DNA from: Octopus sinensis | Taxonomy: Eukaryota | DNA length: 64,000 bases | Assembly: GCF_006345805.1 (NCBI RefSeq) | Contig: NC_042998.1 | Location: forward strand, 2,666,001-2,730,000 | Reading direction: 5' to 3' | Shown: positions 13,726-26,065 of the stretch, in pieces | Layout of the letters: every line of letters starts with the position of its first letter | Numbering within the stretch: the stretch's first letter is position 1 | Position numbers and translations under genes: made by a program | Notes under the pieces: generated by a model | What the model saw: the letters and a program-made list of their open reading frames with translations, nothing else | What the model was told of the DNA's origin: nothing | Databases searched by the model: none

Positions 13726-14643
13726 TTTCCAGGTTACAGGAAAGTTAATAAGCAAAGAAGTCAATGGAAAAATACATTTCCCATTAAGAATTCCATGTTT
13801 GTTACAGCAAATTTATTTTCCTGAAGTGCAATGCTTTGGTCAGCCGAAATAAAAGAGATCTATAATCAAAAGTGTTACAGGTATGACAATTTCTTTTATT
13901 TCAGCATAGTATATTTACGAGTATATTATCCAATGTGTTATTTTTTAAGTGGGTAACTTGTTATTTAAGATTTAGTTGCCGTTTCTAACAAATTGAATCA
14001 CCAAGTAGAAATTGTCATTGACTTCAGCTAAGTTGATAAAGTAGAAACTAAATTTCTGTATCATTAATTAAGGAATCTAACAATTTACATCAGAGGGAGG
14101 AGGATCAATGCTACCAAGCTGGAACAGAGCTTTTTACATGAAAGAAGTTAAAAATTTACATTATCGAAAAATAAGTTTCCAAACAAAAACTGATCCAAAA
14201 GGAAATCACACAATTTGTAAACACTATGTACATTCCGACTGAAACTTTAAACATAAGCTAACTTCAGTAAATCTAGTCTATGTCCTTAACAATTGAATGT
14301 CTTAATGTAGTTGAACAATTGGATATATACATAAAAGTACTGAAAATTACAAGGAAAATACATTATTTATAAACTTAAGTTTTTAATATACTGCTTAATT
14401 GTCCATGTTTTTAATGCTACACTGCAAAATAAAGGATAAAAAGCATAGCTTTTAGGTCAGGAATTTTTACATTTTGCAGTTTGTGAGAAAAAAACTATGA
14501 ATATAGAACAAAACTTCAATTGTTAAATGTACAGTAAATACCTAATTTGAATCCTTATAATGAATGAATATTAAAGAATTGCAGTTGAATTTGTCATGAA
14601 AGCTGTGAAAAGATTTAACCTTTTAGTATTGAGGCTAGTTGTG

Positions 14644-14716
14644 GGGCTTGTGGCGCAATGGATAATGCGTCTGACTACGGATCAGAAGATTCCAGGTTCG
14701 AATTCTGGCAAGCTCG
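14644..14716 (+). tRNA. tRNA-Arg(ACG), full 73-nt cloverleaf, probably a retroposed pseudogene
   Basis: Acceptor stem GGGCTTG/CAAGCTC, anticodon stem TCTGA/TCAGA, loop CT-ACG-GA; near-identical to the canonical eukaryotic tRNA-Arg-ACG but with C23T and C61T; fused to an RTE 3' fragment. Confidence 0.85.
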
Positions 14717-14726
14717 CAAATGCTTT

Positions 14727-14902
14727 ACTACACTCACGGAGTGGTTGGCGTTAGGAAGGGCATCCAGCTGTAGAAACATTGCCAGATAAGATCGGAGCCT
14801 GGTGCAGCCTTCTGGCTTCCCAGATCCCCGGTCGAACCGTCCAACCCATGCTAGCATGGAGAACGGACGTTAAACGATGATGATGATGATGATGATGATG
14901 AT
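14727..14902 (+). mobile_element. RTE-LINE 3' UTR fragment with long (GAT)n tail, joined to tRNA-Arg
   Basis: actacactcacggagtggttggcg...cgttaaacgatgatgat..., nearly identical to the copies at 21170 and 55550. Confidence 0.9.
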
Positions 14903-15145
14903 GCTAACCTTATCAAATGTAATGCTTATTTAATCACACTGTTTTCAATTAATCAGCATTATCTTGTAGCTTTGAGATTTTGATGATATGACTGCTTACT
15001 TTTAGTATGACATTGTAGGCTAGGTGAGAGAGCCTGGATATGGCTAGTTTGCGCATAAAACAAGTAGAATATCCGGGCCAGATATAGCTGATCTAAATGT
15101 TAGAGGGCTGAGATGTGTGAAATGTGAAAATCAAATGAGACTTAC

Positions 15146-15278
15146 TCTCACACTGGACAGCTGCTTTATTTGCCATGCTCTTGTTACATACATGACACAG
15201 TGAAGTATTACTTATCGAGAGAGACACAAACTGGTGGGCATTTTTATGTTTGTTCTCTTTCTCTTTGCCATCTTTTCC
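15146..15278 (-). CDS. Coding exon: GKDGKEKENKHKNAHQFVSLSISNTSLCHVCNKSMANKAAVQCE, N-terminal part of a C1 zinc finger of Lbc-family RhoGEF type (AKAP13/ARHGEF2/18/28-like)
   Basis: ttttgcag acceptor, A|gtaagt donor, 133 bp, phase 0 to 1; H-x12-C-x2-C-x11-C motif; resembles the GEF-H1 C1 start (recalled as [20 protein letters not shown]). DH-PH domains are not in the window, so no symbol is assigned. Confidence 0.9.
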
Positions 15279-15326
15279 CTGCAAAATAAAAAAAAACAAA
15301 TAAGTTATTTTTTTTTTATTAAATAA

Positions 15327-16093
15327 TTTCAAATAAACAAGAAAAAGAGAAAATCTAATCCAGATAACAAAACATTCTGCTCTTTCCAGTACCTGAACTG
15401 TTTTAATTCTGTTAGCTTAGCAGCAGTTACATGAGCCAAACCAAAACTAAAACAGATAATTTATCCAGCAACATGAAAATACATCTAGCACAACCATCGT
15501 TATATGATCAACTAGCAGTATCGCCCGGCGTTGCTCGGGTTTGTAAGGGAAATAACTATATAAGCATTTTTAGAGAGTTATAGCCAAAAAATAGCAAAAA
15601 AATGCATTAAAATGGGGGAAAATTATGGTAAATTTTTTTTTAAATTGTTGACTCATCGTAGACATTTTTAGAGAGTTACTTCCCTTATATAATAGCGAAA
15701 AAAATGCATTGAAATGGGGAAAATGGTGGTAAATTTTTTTTTAAATCGTAGACTCATTGTAGACGCGCGCTAATACACAGAAGGGCCCAATATGAATCAC
15801 GACTATAAGATACCCGGTTTTGGTTAAACTGCACCGCAAAATGTGGGAGTAGTTAGGAATCTAAATCATAGGAGACAGACACACAACTTGACTTTTATAT
15901 ATAAAGATTTCAAATAAACCAGAAAAAGAGAAAATCTAGTCCAGATAACAAAACATTCTGCTCTTTCCAGTACCTGAACTGTTTTAATTCTGTTAGCTTA
16001 GCTGCAGTTAACATGAACCAAACCAAAACTAAAACAGATCATTTATCCAGCAACATGAAAATACATCCATCACAACCATCGTTGTATGATCAA
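15327..16093. repeat. Direct duplication of about 185 bp (15327-15511 and 15908-16093) flanking the Helitron
   Basis: tttcaaataaac...tgatcaa occurs twice, with about 9 differences. Confidence 0.95.
15512..15907 (-). mobile_element. Non-autonomous Helitron (396 bp)
   Basis: Minus strand: A|TCTTTATATATAAAAG 5' end, subterminal hairpin CCCGAGCAACGCCGGG, CTAG|T 3' end; internal approximately 100-bp duplication. Confidence 0.8.
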
Positions 16094-16244
16094 TTTTTTC
16101 TTAAAGTGCACCAGGATGCAAGTCCTACATTCTAGAACAACTCCTCTGAGAAGGTGGCAGTTAAAATGAGAACAATTACAATCATGTAGAATCTAGATGA
16201 GTGGGTCTCAACCAGAGTCCATATAGAAGATCTTACTCTCACTC

Positions 16245-16638
16245 TCTCTTTACTCTTTTAGTTGTTTCAGTTATTTGACTGTGGTCATGCTGGAGCACCG
16301 CCTTTAGTCGAGCAAATCAGCCCCAGGACTTATTCTTTGTAAGCCTAGTACTTATTCTATCGGTCTCTTTTGCTGAACCGCTAAGTGACGGGGACGTAAA
16401 CACACCAACATCGGTTGTCAAGCGATGGTAGGGGGACAAATACAGACACACAAACATATATATATATATACATATATACGACGGGCTTCTTTCAGTTTCC
16501 ATCTACCAAATCCACTCACAAGGCTTTGGTCGACCCGAGACTATAGAAGACACTTGCCCAAAGTGCCACGCAGTGGGACTGAACCCGGGACCATGTGGTT
16601 GGTAAACAAGCTACTTACCACACAGCCACTCCTGCACC
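16245..16638 (-). mobile_element. tRNA-derived SINE family B
   Basis: Full-length match to the other family B copies. Confidence 0.85.
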
Positions 16639-18140
16639 TATTGTTTTATTTTTAGAATATTGTAAGGTAAGTGTGAGAGGTTAGATCTGGTCAGTTTGAA
16701 CATAAAACCAGCAGAACATTTTGGCCAGATATGGCTGATTTAAATGCTAAAGGGTTGAACAGTAAGAAGAGAAACATTTTTTTATCTTTATGAAGTAGAA
16801 AATAACATTTTAATGCCAATGTCTAACTTGCAGCTGAGGGTCACCCTGCCACCTGGTCTGTTGGGTGCCGCTAGCCATGTTGACTTTGCTGCAAGCGCTG
16901 ACAATTAGACACAAAGTTCCAACTCCAACCAAGATTCCACACTGCAGACACTGATATATCCAGCAGTCCAAATTGGATATAGACAACATCAGTTTCACTT
17001 GTGTGTGGGGACCTGCAACTATTATGGGCCCTGTTCCTCTTCTCCTGACTAACTCATAAATAAAAAAAAAAGTAGAAATTAGAAGCAGATCGCTCAAAAT
17101 ATTAAGAACATAAATGACATTAAACGTAACCTTGCACACAAATAGAAATTTTCTCCTCTTCTCACACTTTCTTCCACTCTCTCTCTCTCTCTTCCTCCCT
17201 TTGTGTGTGTGTGTGTGTGTGTGTAGACATGCACACATTTACATATTAAGTAAGATTTATGACACTAAAAGTATAATACTTAAATAAAACCATACTAATT
17301 CCCCAATAACATAAATACTGTAATAGAAGCCCTACTTAAAATTATTATAATAGCTTACTTAGATTTGGATACTAGCATATTTTGTCAAATTTAACAATGC
17401 GTGTGTGTGTGTGTGTGTGTGTGTGTATTTATAGACATGTGTATTGCATCTGCATATTGTATACGTGTTTGTTTTTCACCCCCATTCTGTATGTTCTCAC
17501 CAAATTCACCGAAGAATTTTAGAAAAGAAGAAAGAGGAAAAAAGTAATTTTAAACAACTAGGTTACAGCAGAGAATTGTTTCAGAGCACACAACAATAAA
17601 ACGACTACAAAGTATAAAGAAAAGAAAATTATAGTCAGATAATAAATAAAAATACAATTTTTGATAAAGCAATACAAATGTATGACATGCTGATGCAAAG
17701 TACGTTAAACACCCACCTAACGTGAAATGAATACATTATATATGACAGTCTAAAAGTATCATTTTTTTTTTTAACGGAAAGAAGAAGAAAAAATACATAA
17801 TGCAGAACCAACTACTGGACATTTCTCATTCCTCAGTTCTAACATATCCCATTCTGACCTTCATAGCCTCGAGACTGCTTTCTCGGTGATAAATCTTGAA
17901 TTTGTTTTCGTTTTATTTTTCATTCTTAGAGAACTTTTCAAAATGCATTCTATGTCTCAAGAAGAAAAAAAAACATAAAAAATATATTTCTTTATTAACT
18001 GTTTTCTTTCTCTTTCAAAAGAAACTAACGAAATCATGGAACTGTCTTCAAAAAGTTTGGAAGTGTTAAATCTATCAGATGCCACAAAGAGGTTTTAACG
18101 TATTTCATTATAACCAAGACCTTGTTTTGAGAAAATTCTA

Positions 18141-18800
18141 GGCGCAGGAGTGACTGTGAGGTAAGTAGCTTGCTAACCAACCACATGGTTCCGGGTTCAG
18201 TCCCACTGCGTGGCATCTTGAGCAAGTGTCTTCTGCTATAGCCCCGGGCCGACCAATGCCTTGTGAGTGGATTTGATAGACGGAAACTGAAAGAAGCCTG
18301 TCGTATATATGTATATATATATATACTAAGCAATAAAGGGTTTAGCAACGAATTGCCTTACCACATACCGAATTTAGAAATAGCAGTGACTGCTATTTCT
18401 AAATTCGGTATGTGGTAAGGCAATTCGTTGCTAAACCCTTTATTGCTTAGTATTACTTAAATTTTCCTCGAATGAGGCTTTTACATGCCGAAGACTACTT
18501 GGTGTAATTGATAATTATTCCAAATTAATTAATTTCACCCTTCATTATTACGGATAACCATATATATATATATATATATATGTATATGTGTGTGTCTGTG
18601 TTTGTCCCCCTAGCATTGCTTGACAACCGATGCTGGTGTGTTTACGTCCCCATCACTTAGCGATTCGGCAAAAAGAGACCAATAGAATAAGTACTAGGCT
18701 TACAAAGAATAAGTCCTGGGGTCGATTTGCTTGACTAAAGGCGGTACTCCAGCATGGCTGCAGTCAAAATGACTGAAACAAGTAAAAGAGTAAAAGAGTA
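18141..18800 (+). mobile_element. SINE family B split by an approximately 240-bp insert in its (TA)n tract
   Basis: 5' half 18141-18322, 3' half about 18560-18800. Confidence 0.85.
18323..18453. repeat. Perfect palindrome, 65-bp arms around a single central base (18388)
   Basis: atactaagc...aatagcagt-g-actgctatt...gcttagtat, no mismatches found by eye. Confidence 0.95.
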
Positions 18801-18832
18801 ATTCCCTATTAAGAGGGAATTTTTCCCCATAG

Positions 18833-19330
18833 GATCATCATCATCATCATTTAAGAACCATTTTCAATGCCAGCAAGGGTTAGACAGTTTGATGGGAGCT
18901 ACATCAGGCGCCAATTATCTGTTTTGGCTTGGTTTCTACAGCTGGATGTCCTTCCTAATACCAACCACTTTACAGAGTGTACAGAGTGTTCTTTTGACAT
19001 GTCACTGCATGGGTGCTTTTTACATGCCATCAGCACAGGTTCCCTTTCCATATTAACAGCACAGGTGCCCTTTACATGTCAACAGCACAGGTGCCCTTTA
19101 CATGTCAACAGCACAGGTGCCCTTTATGTGTCACCGGCACAGGTACCCTATACATGTACTGGCAATGATCCTGATTAACTTAACAGGATGTGTCTTTTCA
19201 AGCACAACAAACCAGCAGAAGTCTCAGTCATTTTTCATTGCCTCCATGAGGCTCAACAACCAAAGATCATATTTCACCACCTCACCACATGTCTTCTTGT
19301 GCCAACCCCTTCCACAAGTTCCTCATTGTG
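18833..19330 (-). mobile_element. Older RTE-LINE 3' end with ORF C-terminus and 26-bp tandem units
   Basis: Minus-strand KKTCGEVVKYDLWLLSLMEAMKND*DFCWFVVLEKTH; aacagcacaggtgccctttacatgtc repeats. Confidence 0.7.
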
Positions 19331-20245
19331 CATATCAGAACACTCCCTTTATAGTAAGTTATCATCTCCAAAATCTGAAGTTTCAGTTTACATGGAATTT
19401 ACTCTCTCTACTATATCTACTTGGAAATCAACAGTAAAACCTTCCAGTTACTCTGGCAGTAAAGTCTCACTTCATAACTCATCTGGATTTTTGGGCTGAT
19501 TTATTGCTTTCCAAACATAATCATAGGCAGCTACAAAATCACATGCTCTGCTTTAACCTTATTTAAAAAATGGGCTGAATGCATCACTTCAAGAAATTAT
19601 ATATTTCTTCCCCTTATTTTTTTGAAATTCAGATATTTATTAATTATATGCAGAAGAGCCAGTGACCTTCATCTCCGAAATGATTGAGAGCCCTCTGTCT
19701 AACCTCTCTAGCTTTCTCTATAAAGTTGTCATTAGCAGTAACCTCAAAGTCTATTTTCCCCCCTACAGAAACCTAAACTTTCATTCCCCTCTCTCATCAA
19801 GTTAACCAATACTTGAATCTTTCTTTTGATTTATAGTACATACACTAATAAAATTTTTCTGTTACTGCCTCCACGAAAGTATATCCACTCACACTGTATA
19901 TACAATCCTCCCATTATTGTCGCCACGAAAGTATATATATTCATATAACAACACATACATGCATTCAATCCTCCTACCACTGCCTCTTTAAAAGCATCAT
20001 TCAACACCAACCTCTTAGCACACTTAATGACCATTTAAATTAGCTGATTAGTTAAGCCCTCGCTGCTTTTGATTACTAAATGTCAATTAATTCAAAACCA
20101 CTAAAATAACTAACACAAGCAACCCCCAAGTATGAACACAAGATCACATCTTTTTTTTTTCTGCCATATTATCTCTTTCAACTTACTTTGATCCCTCTTT
20201 ACCTTCCACATCTAAACACAATTCAACTTTGGAAGCAAAAGTCCA

Positions 20246-20414
20246 GGCGCAGAAGTGGCTGTGCGGTAAGTAGCTTGCTTACCAACCACATGGCTCCGGG
20301 TTCAGTCCCACTGCGTGGTACCTTGGGCAAATGTCTTCTACTATAGCCTCAGGCCGACCAAAGCCTTGTGAGTGGATTTGGTAGATGGAAACTCAAAGAA
20401 GACCATCATATATA

Positions 20415-20462
<48 letters not shown>

Positions 20463-20663
20463 TGAGTGTCTGTGCTTGTCCCCCCACCATCGCTTGACAA
20501 CCAATGCTGGTGAGTTTACGTCCCTGTAACTTAGTTGTTCAGCAAAAGAGACCGATAGAATAAGTACTAGGCTTACAAAGAATAAGCCATGGGGTCGATT
20601 TGCTCGACTAAAGGTGGTGCTCCAGCATGGCCTCAGTCAAATGACTGAAACAAGTAAAAGAGT
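20246..20663 (+). mobile_element. tRNA-derived SINE family B
   Basis: ggcgcagaagtggctgtgcgg head, central microsatellite, aagtaaaagag tail. Confidence 0.85.
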
Positions 20664-21029
20664 AATTAACAAACAGACAAACACACACACACAATCATTT
20701 TAATGTACACTTTTGCATACTAACATAGCTCAGATTGGATTTGTTGAGGGAGATTTTCTGTGGTGAAATGCTCTTCCTGTTGCCAACCATCAGCTGATTG
20801 TAAGCAAGGTAATATTTCCCTAGTCCAGGTGTTTTTATTGAAGACTGCACACAAACATCACCATATCATGACAGTCAAGATTGTTTTGGCAATAAGCACA
20901 CGATACCAAGACAAGAACATAAACATGCACACAATAATATCTTGGACAAGTTTTCATGGAACACTGCAAACAAATATCACTGCTTCCATGGGAACATTTC
21001 TTTCATACAAATTGTAGTTGTGATACCTT

Positions 21030-21320
21030 TGCCGGTGGCACGTAAAAAGCACCATCCGAATGTGGCCGATGCCAGTGCTGTCTTGACTGGCTTCTGTGCC
21101 GGTGGCACATAAAAAGCACCAACCTATCGTGGCACCTGTGCCACATAAAAAGTACCCACTACACTCACGGAGTGGTTGGCGTTAGGAAGGGCTTCCAGCT
21201 GTAGAAACACTGCCAGATCAGACTGGAGCCTGGTGCAGCCTCCTGGCTTCCCAGACCCCGGTCGAACCATCCAACCCATGCTAGCACGGAAAACGGACGT
21301 TAAACGATGATGATGATGAA
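21030..21320 (+). mobile_element. RTE-LINE 3' UTR fragment
   Basis: Conserved UTR, (GAT)n tail. Confidence 0.85.
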
Positions 21321-21896
21321 TTAGTATATGATGTCAAGAAAAAAAGATAAGCGTGCATGCACATGCACACAATAGTTAGAGCATTGCACTCAAAAGTGCA
21401 ATATCATGGTTTTTATTCGCAGCCTGGCAGTGCATTGTATTCTCAAGCAAAACACTTCATTTTATATTGCTCCAGTCCACTCAGCTGTAAACAGGTAATT
21501 CTGCAACAGACTGGCATCATATGAAAGCTTAAAGAAATGAGAGGAAGTGCACTGTGACCAGCAGTGTATAACAATGTCCGATAGATTGGTGGATAGTCAC
21601 ACATACACACACAATGGTCTTCTTTCTTTAGTTTCCATGACTCACAAAATTGACTCACAAAACTACAGTTGGCCTGGAGCTATAGAAGTCACCTGCCTAA
21701 AGATCCACAGAGTCAAATTGAACCCAAAACCATGTAGGTGAGAAGCAAACTTCTTAAATAGAATGTCACACCTGCACCTATATTATAACCACCAGTCACA
21801 TATGTTGCACCTATACATGTGTGTGCATACATGCTTATTCACCGGTCTAAGAAAGTTTTGATAAAAAAGAAAAGGAAAAAACTAAAGAAAACTATA

Positions 21897-22312
21897 GACG
21901 CAGGAGTGGCTGTGTGGTAAGTAGCTTGCTTACCAACCACATGGTTCCGGGTTCAGTCCCACTGTGTGGCATCTTGGGCAAGTGTCTTCTGCTATAGCCC
22001 CGGGCCGACCAATGCCTTGTGAGTGGATTTGGTAGACGGAAACTGAAAGAAGCCTGTCGTATATATGTATATATATATATATGTATATGTGTGTGTGTGT
22101 GTGTGTGTTTGTGTATCTGTGTTTGTCCCCCTAGCATTGCTTGACAACCGATGCTGGTGTGTTTACGTCCCCGTCACTTAGCAGTTCGGCAAAAGAGACC
22201 GATAGAATAAGTACTGGGCTTACAAAGAATAAGTCCCGGGGTCGAGTTGCTCAACTAAAGGCGGTGCTCCAGCATGGCCGCAGTCAAATGACTGAAACAA
22301 GTAAAAGAGAAA
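21897..22312 (+). mobile_element. SINE family B, young copy
   Basis: Near-consensus; A-rich TSD-like aaaactaaagaaaa on both sides. Confidence 0.9.
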
Positions 22313-24267
22313 AGAAGAAAACTAAAGAAAAGCAAGAGGAAAAGAAGTTAGGAGTATGGATCTCTCTCAGACTAACAAACAGGAAATTTTAGGTACAACT
22401 TTTATTGAAGCAATTCAAAATAAACAGAATTTTGGATGATACCAAGAATATTCCTGCTGTTGAGAATTATGTTAGCTCTGATCACGAGACAGGAACAGGG
22501 ATGCTAACAGAAAATTACCGTCTTCCTAACCGGAAGCATCAGAAATAAAACATTTCCTACCATAACATCGATGACGACAGACTGGAGTGTAGCAAATCTG
22601 ACAAGGTACCTAGCACGCATGATAATAGAATTGCCTAATGCTAATGATAAATATGCTTTCCTATAGGTCAGTTCATTGTTATGTGCATTACAACTAGCAT
22701 TGAATTCTTGACATTATGTATGTCTAGTATTGTTAGAAACATGGAATGTTACTAATTTGTTATATATAATAGAAAAAAATTCTGCGCCAACAAACCATAA
22801 CTAGTTTTGTTATGGGGTCATATCTCTCACTTTCACATCGTAGAGGAAAATGCTCGAGGAAATTTAAAACAAAAAAATTTAAAAAAAAAAAGATAGATGT
22901 GAAAAAAAAAAAACTAGCCAAAACCAGAAGTTGTAAGTGATTTCCTGCAATTGTTGACAGAAAAACAAAATATGTCTAAAAATATATTGAGATGTTAATG
23001 TACAAAAATGTTTTTCAAAATAATTTCTTTATTATTGCTACAAAGAACAAAGCCAACATATGAGGGGAAATTACAAGCACAGGTTACAAAAGTGTGTTGG
23101 ACCAGACAGAAGTGCCGTAAAGGCGACAGAAAGCCAATGGTTTCTGATTAAGGCACAAAGCCAGTAATTTTAGAGTGAAGTGGTTAGCCAATACCATTGT
23201 CCCCAGTACTTGATGGCTACTTTATGAAATTTACCCTGTAAGAATGAAAGACAAAGTTGACCTCAGCAGGATTTGAAGTCAAGAACTGGAACAGATTCTG
23301 CAAGTTATTCTTCCCAAGCTCTAAGAACCCAGCCAACAATGAGAGGTTACAAACGTGTGATGGACTACACAGAAATGAAATGAAAAAAAAGAACAATGGT
23401 ATTCTCTACACCTAGTTGACGACACTTCCTTGCATGTGAAGCAGTAATGTACCCTGGTGACATTGCTAGATCACATTTTTCCAGAAATTATCCATAGTAG
23501 CTGGACTATAAGCCCTCCAGAACAGACCAACCAGTTGATTATTAGTGATGCCTGCACTTCTCTATTACTAGGCTTCTATAGAAAACTACCACAGAAAATT
23601 TCAGCAGGATATGAATGCTTCCCAACATTCCACATACCAGATGCCCAGTCTTGGAGTTTGTCTCACTCAGGATTGCAGTTCCATCAAAAGCAGAGAAACA
23701 GATGTGCTTGACAAATGGCAACAGCACCTACTTGGCATCCAGGATTGTCTGCAGCTGCAGAGGATGTTGGCAGCAGATGGCTTACCTGACCAGAGGAGTG
23801 TGCCCTTGATAGAAGAAGAGTAGACGCTCCTCACATAAGTGCAAATAATTCATAGTGTTGACAGAAAGTATTTTTGCCTATCCCACTACAACAATGAATA
23901 ACAACAAGTAGTGATAACCCCACAACACTTACAGACATGTGTTTATCAAGAAATATGTCTCCAAAATCCCTAAACCCCATAAAGATAGAATTTTTGAGCA
24001 TTTTTGAATCATTATCATCAACATTAATTAGAATAATAATAATCCTTTCTACAATACGAAAAAGGCCTTAAATTTTGAGAGGTGGATTACAGGGAGTCCA
24101 GTGTTCAACTGATACTTATTTTATTGATCCTCAAAGGATGAACGGCAAAGTCGTCCGCGGCAGAATTTGAACTCAGAATGTAAAGATGGACGACATGCCA
24201 CTAAGCATTTTGTTTCCAACCAAACATATGAAAACATAAGTGAATACAAATTAGTAGACTCCAGTTA

Positions 24268-24660
24268 CTCTCTCTTTTACTTGTTTCAGTCATTTGACTG
24301 CGGCCATGCTGGAGCACCGCCTTTAGTCGAGCAAATCAACCCCAGGACTTATTCTTTGTAAGTCTAGTACTTATTCTATCAGTCTCTTTTGCTGAACCGC
24401 TAAGTTACATGGACGTAAACACACCAGCATCGGTTGTCAAGCAAGCAATGGTGGGGGGACAAATAGACACACAAATATACACACACACATATATACAACG
24501 GGCTTCTTTCATTTTCCATCAAACAAATCTACTCACAAGGCTTTGGTTGGCTCGAAGCTAGAGTAGTAGACATTTGCCCAAGGTGCCATGCAGTGGGAAT
24601 GAACCTGGAACCATGTGGTTGGTAAGCAAGCTACTTACCACACAGCCACTCCTGTGCCTA
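24268..24660 (-). mobile_element. SINE family B
   Basis: Full-length, moderately diverged. Confidence 0.8.
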
Positions 24661-25299
24661 TAGTTATTGACTATTTTTGACATATTTTTACTAAAATATA
24701 CTGACCCCTGAAGGAAGAAAATCCGTTCGGCAGGATTTTAAATATTAATGTAAATAGATACATTTATAAGATGTGGAAATTTTAGTTTGATACACATTTT
24801 TATATACTCCCTCACACTTCATTCAAACTCTCTCTCTCTCTCTCTCTATGTCACTATCTTTCTGTCACATGCTATCTCTTTCTCTCTAGTACACACTGTA
24901 AAGTGGTTGGCATTAGAAAGGGCATCCAGCCACAGAAACCATGCCAAAACAAACAACAGAGCCCAGGCAGCTCTTCAGCTCCTGCCAAACTGTCCAACTC
25001 ATGATAGTATGGAAAACAGGCATTAAATGATGATGATGATCGAACAAGCATTTCATTGAGCTTGGAATTGATATCCATCCATTTTTCTACCCCCTATTCC
25101 TGGGAGGATCACGGGGGCAGAGTCCTCAGTCATCTCTTCCATGGGGTCCTATTAGAAGCAACTTAGATGTCTTGCAAATAACTTGCACATGCAAGTGCTA
25201 CCAGTTAAAAGCTCCGTATACCGGAAGCTAGCAAGTTTATGGGGTCATCAGGAGAGAATGCGCGCCATTTCAGGGCCTACCTCTCGACGGCATCAATGA

Positions 25300-25640
25300 G
25301 CACCAGCCCCGCTCACTGATATGAGGCCCTGCTTGCTAGATCAGCTGGTTATGAAGAACTCAATATACTTCTAGCTATCGCTCGTCTCTTTTTAACCAAA
25401 TCCAGTGGCTAGCCTTCTCCACTGTAGATTGGATATCAGTCATATATCTCATTGGACTTTCCAGCTGATCCCATGCATGACTAACATCATGTATATCCCA
25501 ACCATCTCATTCCTGGTCTCCTAAAAGTTGGCTCAGCTTGAAGAATCTGTCTTGTGACTCTTTCCTGTAACATTCTAATCACATGTCCATAGTATCAAAG
25601 AGGGGATCTCTCAATGCATGTGGTCGGTCAATCTAGAGAC
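25300..25640 (-). mobile_element. RTE-type LINE ORF C-terminal remnant (second family)
   Basis: Minus-strand YYGHVIRMLQERVTRQILQAEPTFRRPGMRW. Confidence 0.65.
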
Positions 25641-25677
25641 TCCCTGATCTCAAAGCTATGCTGGAAATTAAGATTAT

Positions 25678-26065
25678 TCTTTTACTTGCTTCAGTCATGG
25701 AACACCACCTTTTAGTCAAATAAATCAACCCCAGGACTTATCTTTTTTCAAGCCTGGTACTTATTCTATTGGTCTCTTTTGTCAAACCGCTAAGCTACAG
25801 GGATACAAACACACCAACACTGGTTGTCAAGCAGAAATAAGGAGGGGGAAGTTAAACACAGACACACAGAGAAATATATATATATATATATACACATACA
25901 CACACACACACAACAGGCTCCTCTCAATTTCTGTCTACCAAATCCACTCACAAGGCTGATAGTTGGCCCAACACCAGAGTAGAAGAAACTTGCCCAAGGT
26001 GCCACACAGTGGGACTGAACCCAGAACCATGTGGTTGGGAAGCAAGTTTCTTAGCATACTGCCAC
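25678..26065 (-). mobile_element. SINE family B, diverged
   Basis: Recognisable head, core and tail. Confidence 0.75.

Larger units (their letters stand above)
14615..15107. mobile_element. piggyBac-like MITE interrupted by the tRNA-RTE chimera (insert 14638-14902)
   Basis: ttaaccttttagtattgaggcta | insert | ccttatcaaatgtaatgc... reconstructs the family consensus seen at 11173 and 52834. Confidence 0.7.

Noticed and set aside
18468-18510. tcgaatga-GGC-ttttacat-GCC-gaagac, resembling a hammerhead core
   Set aside because: Both conserved boxes are altered and no stem I or III is found. A family consensus would be needed.
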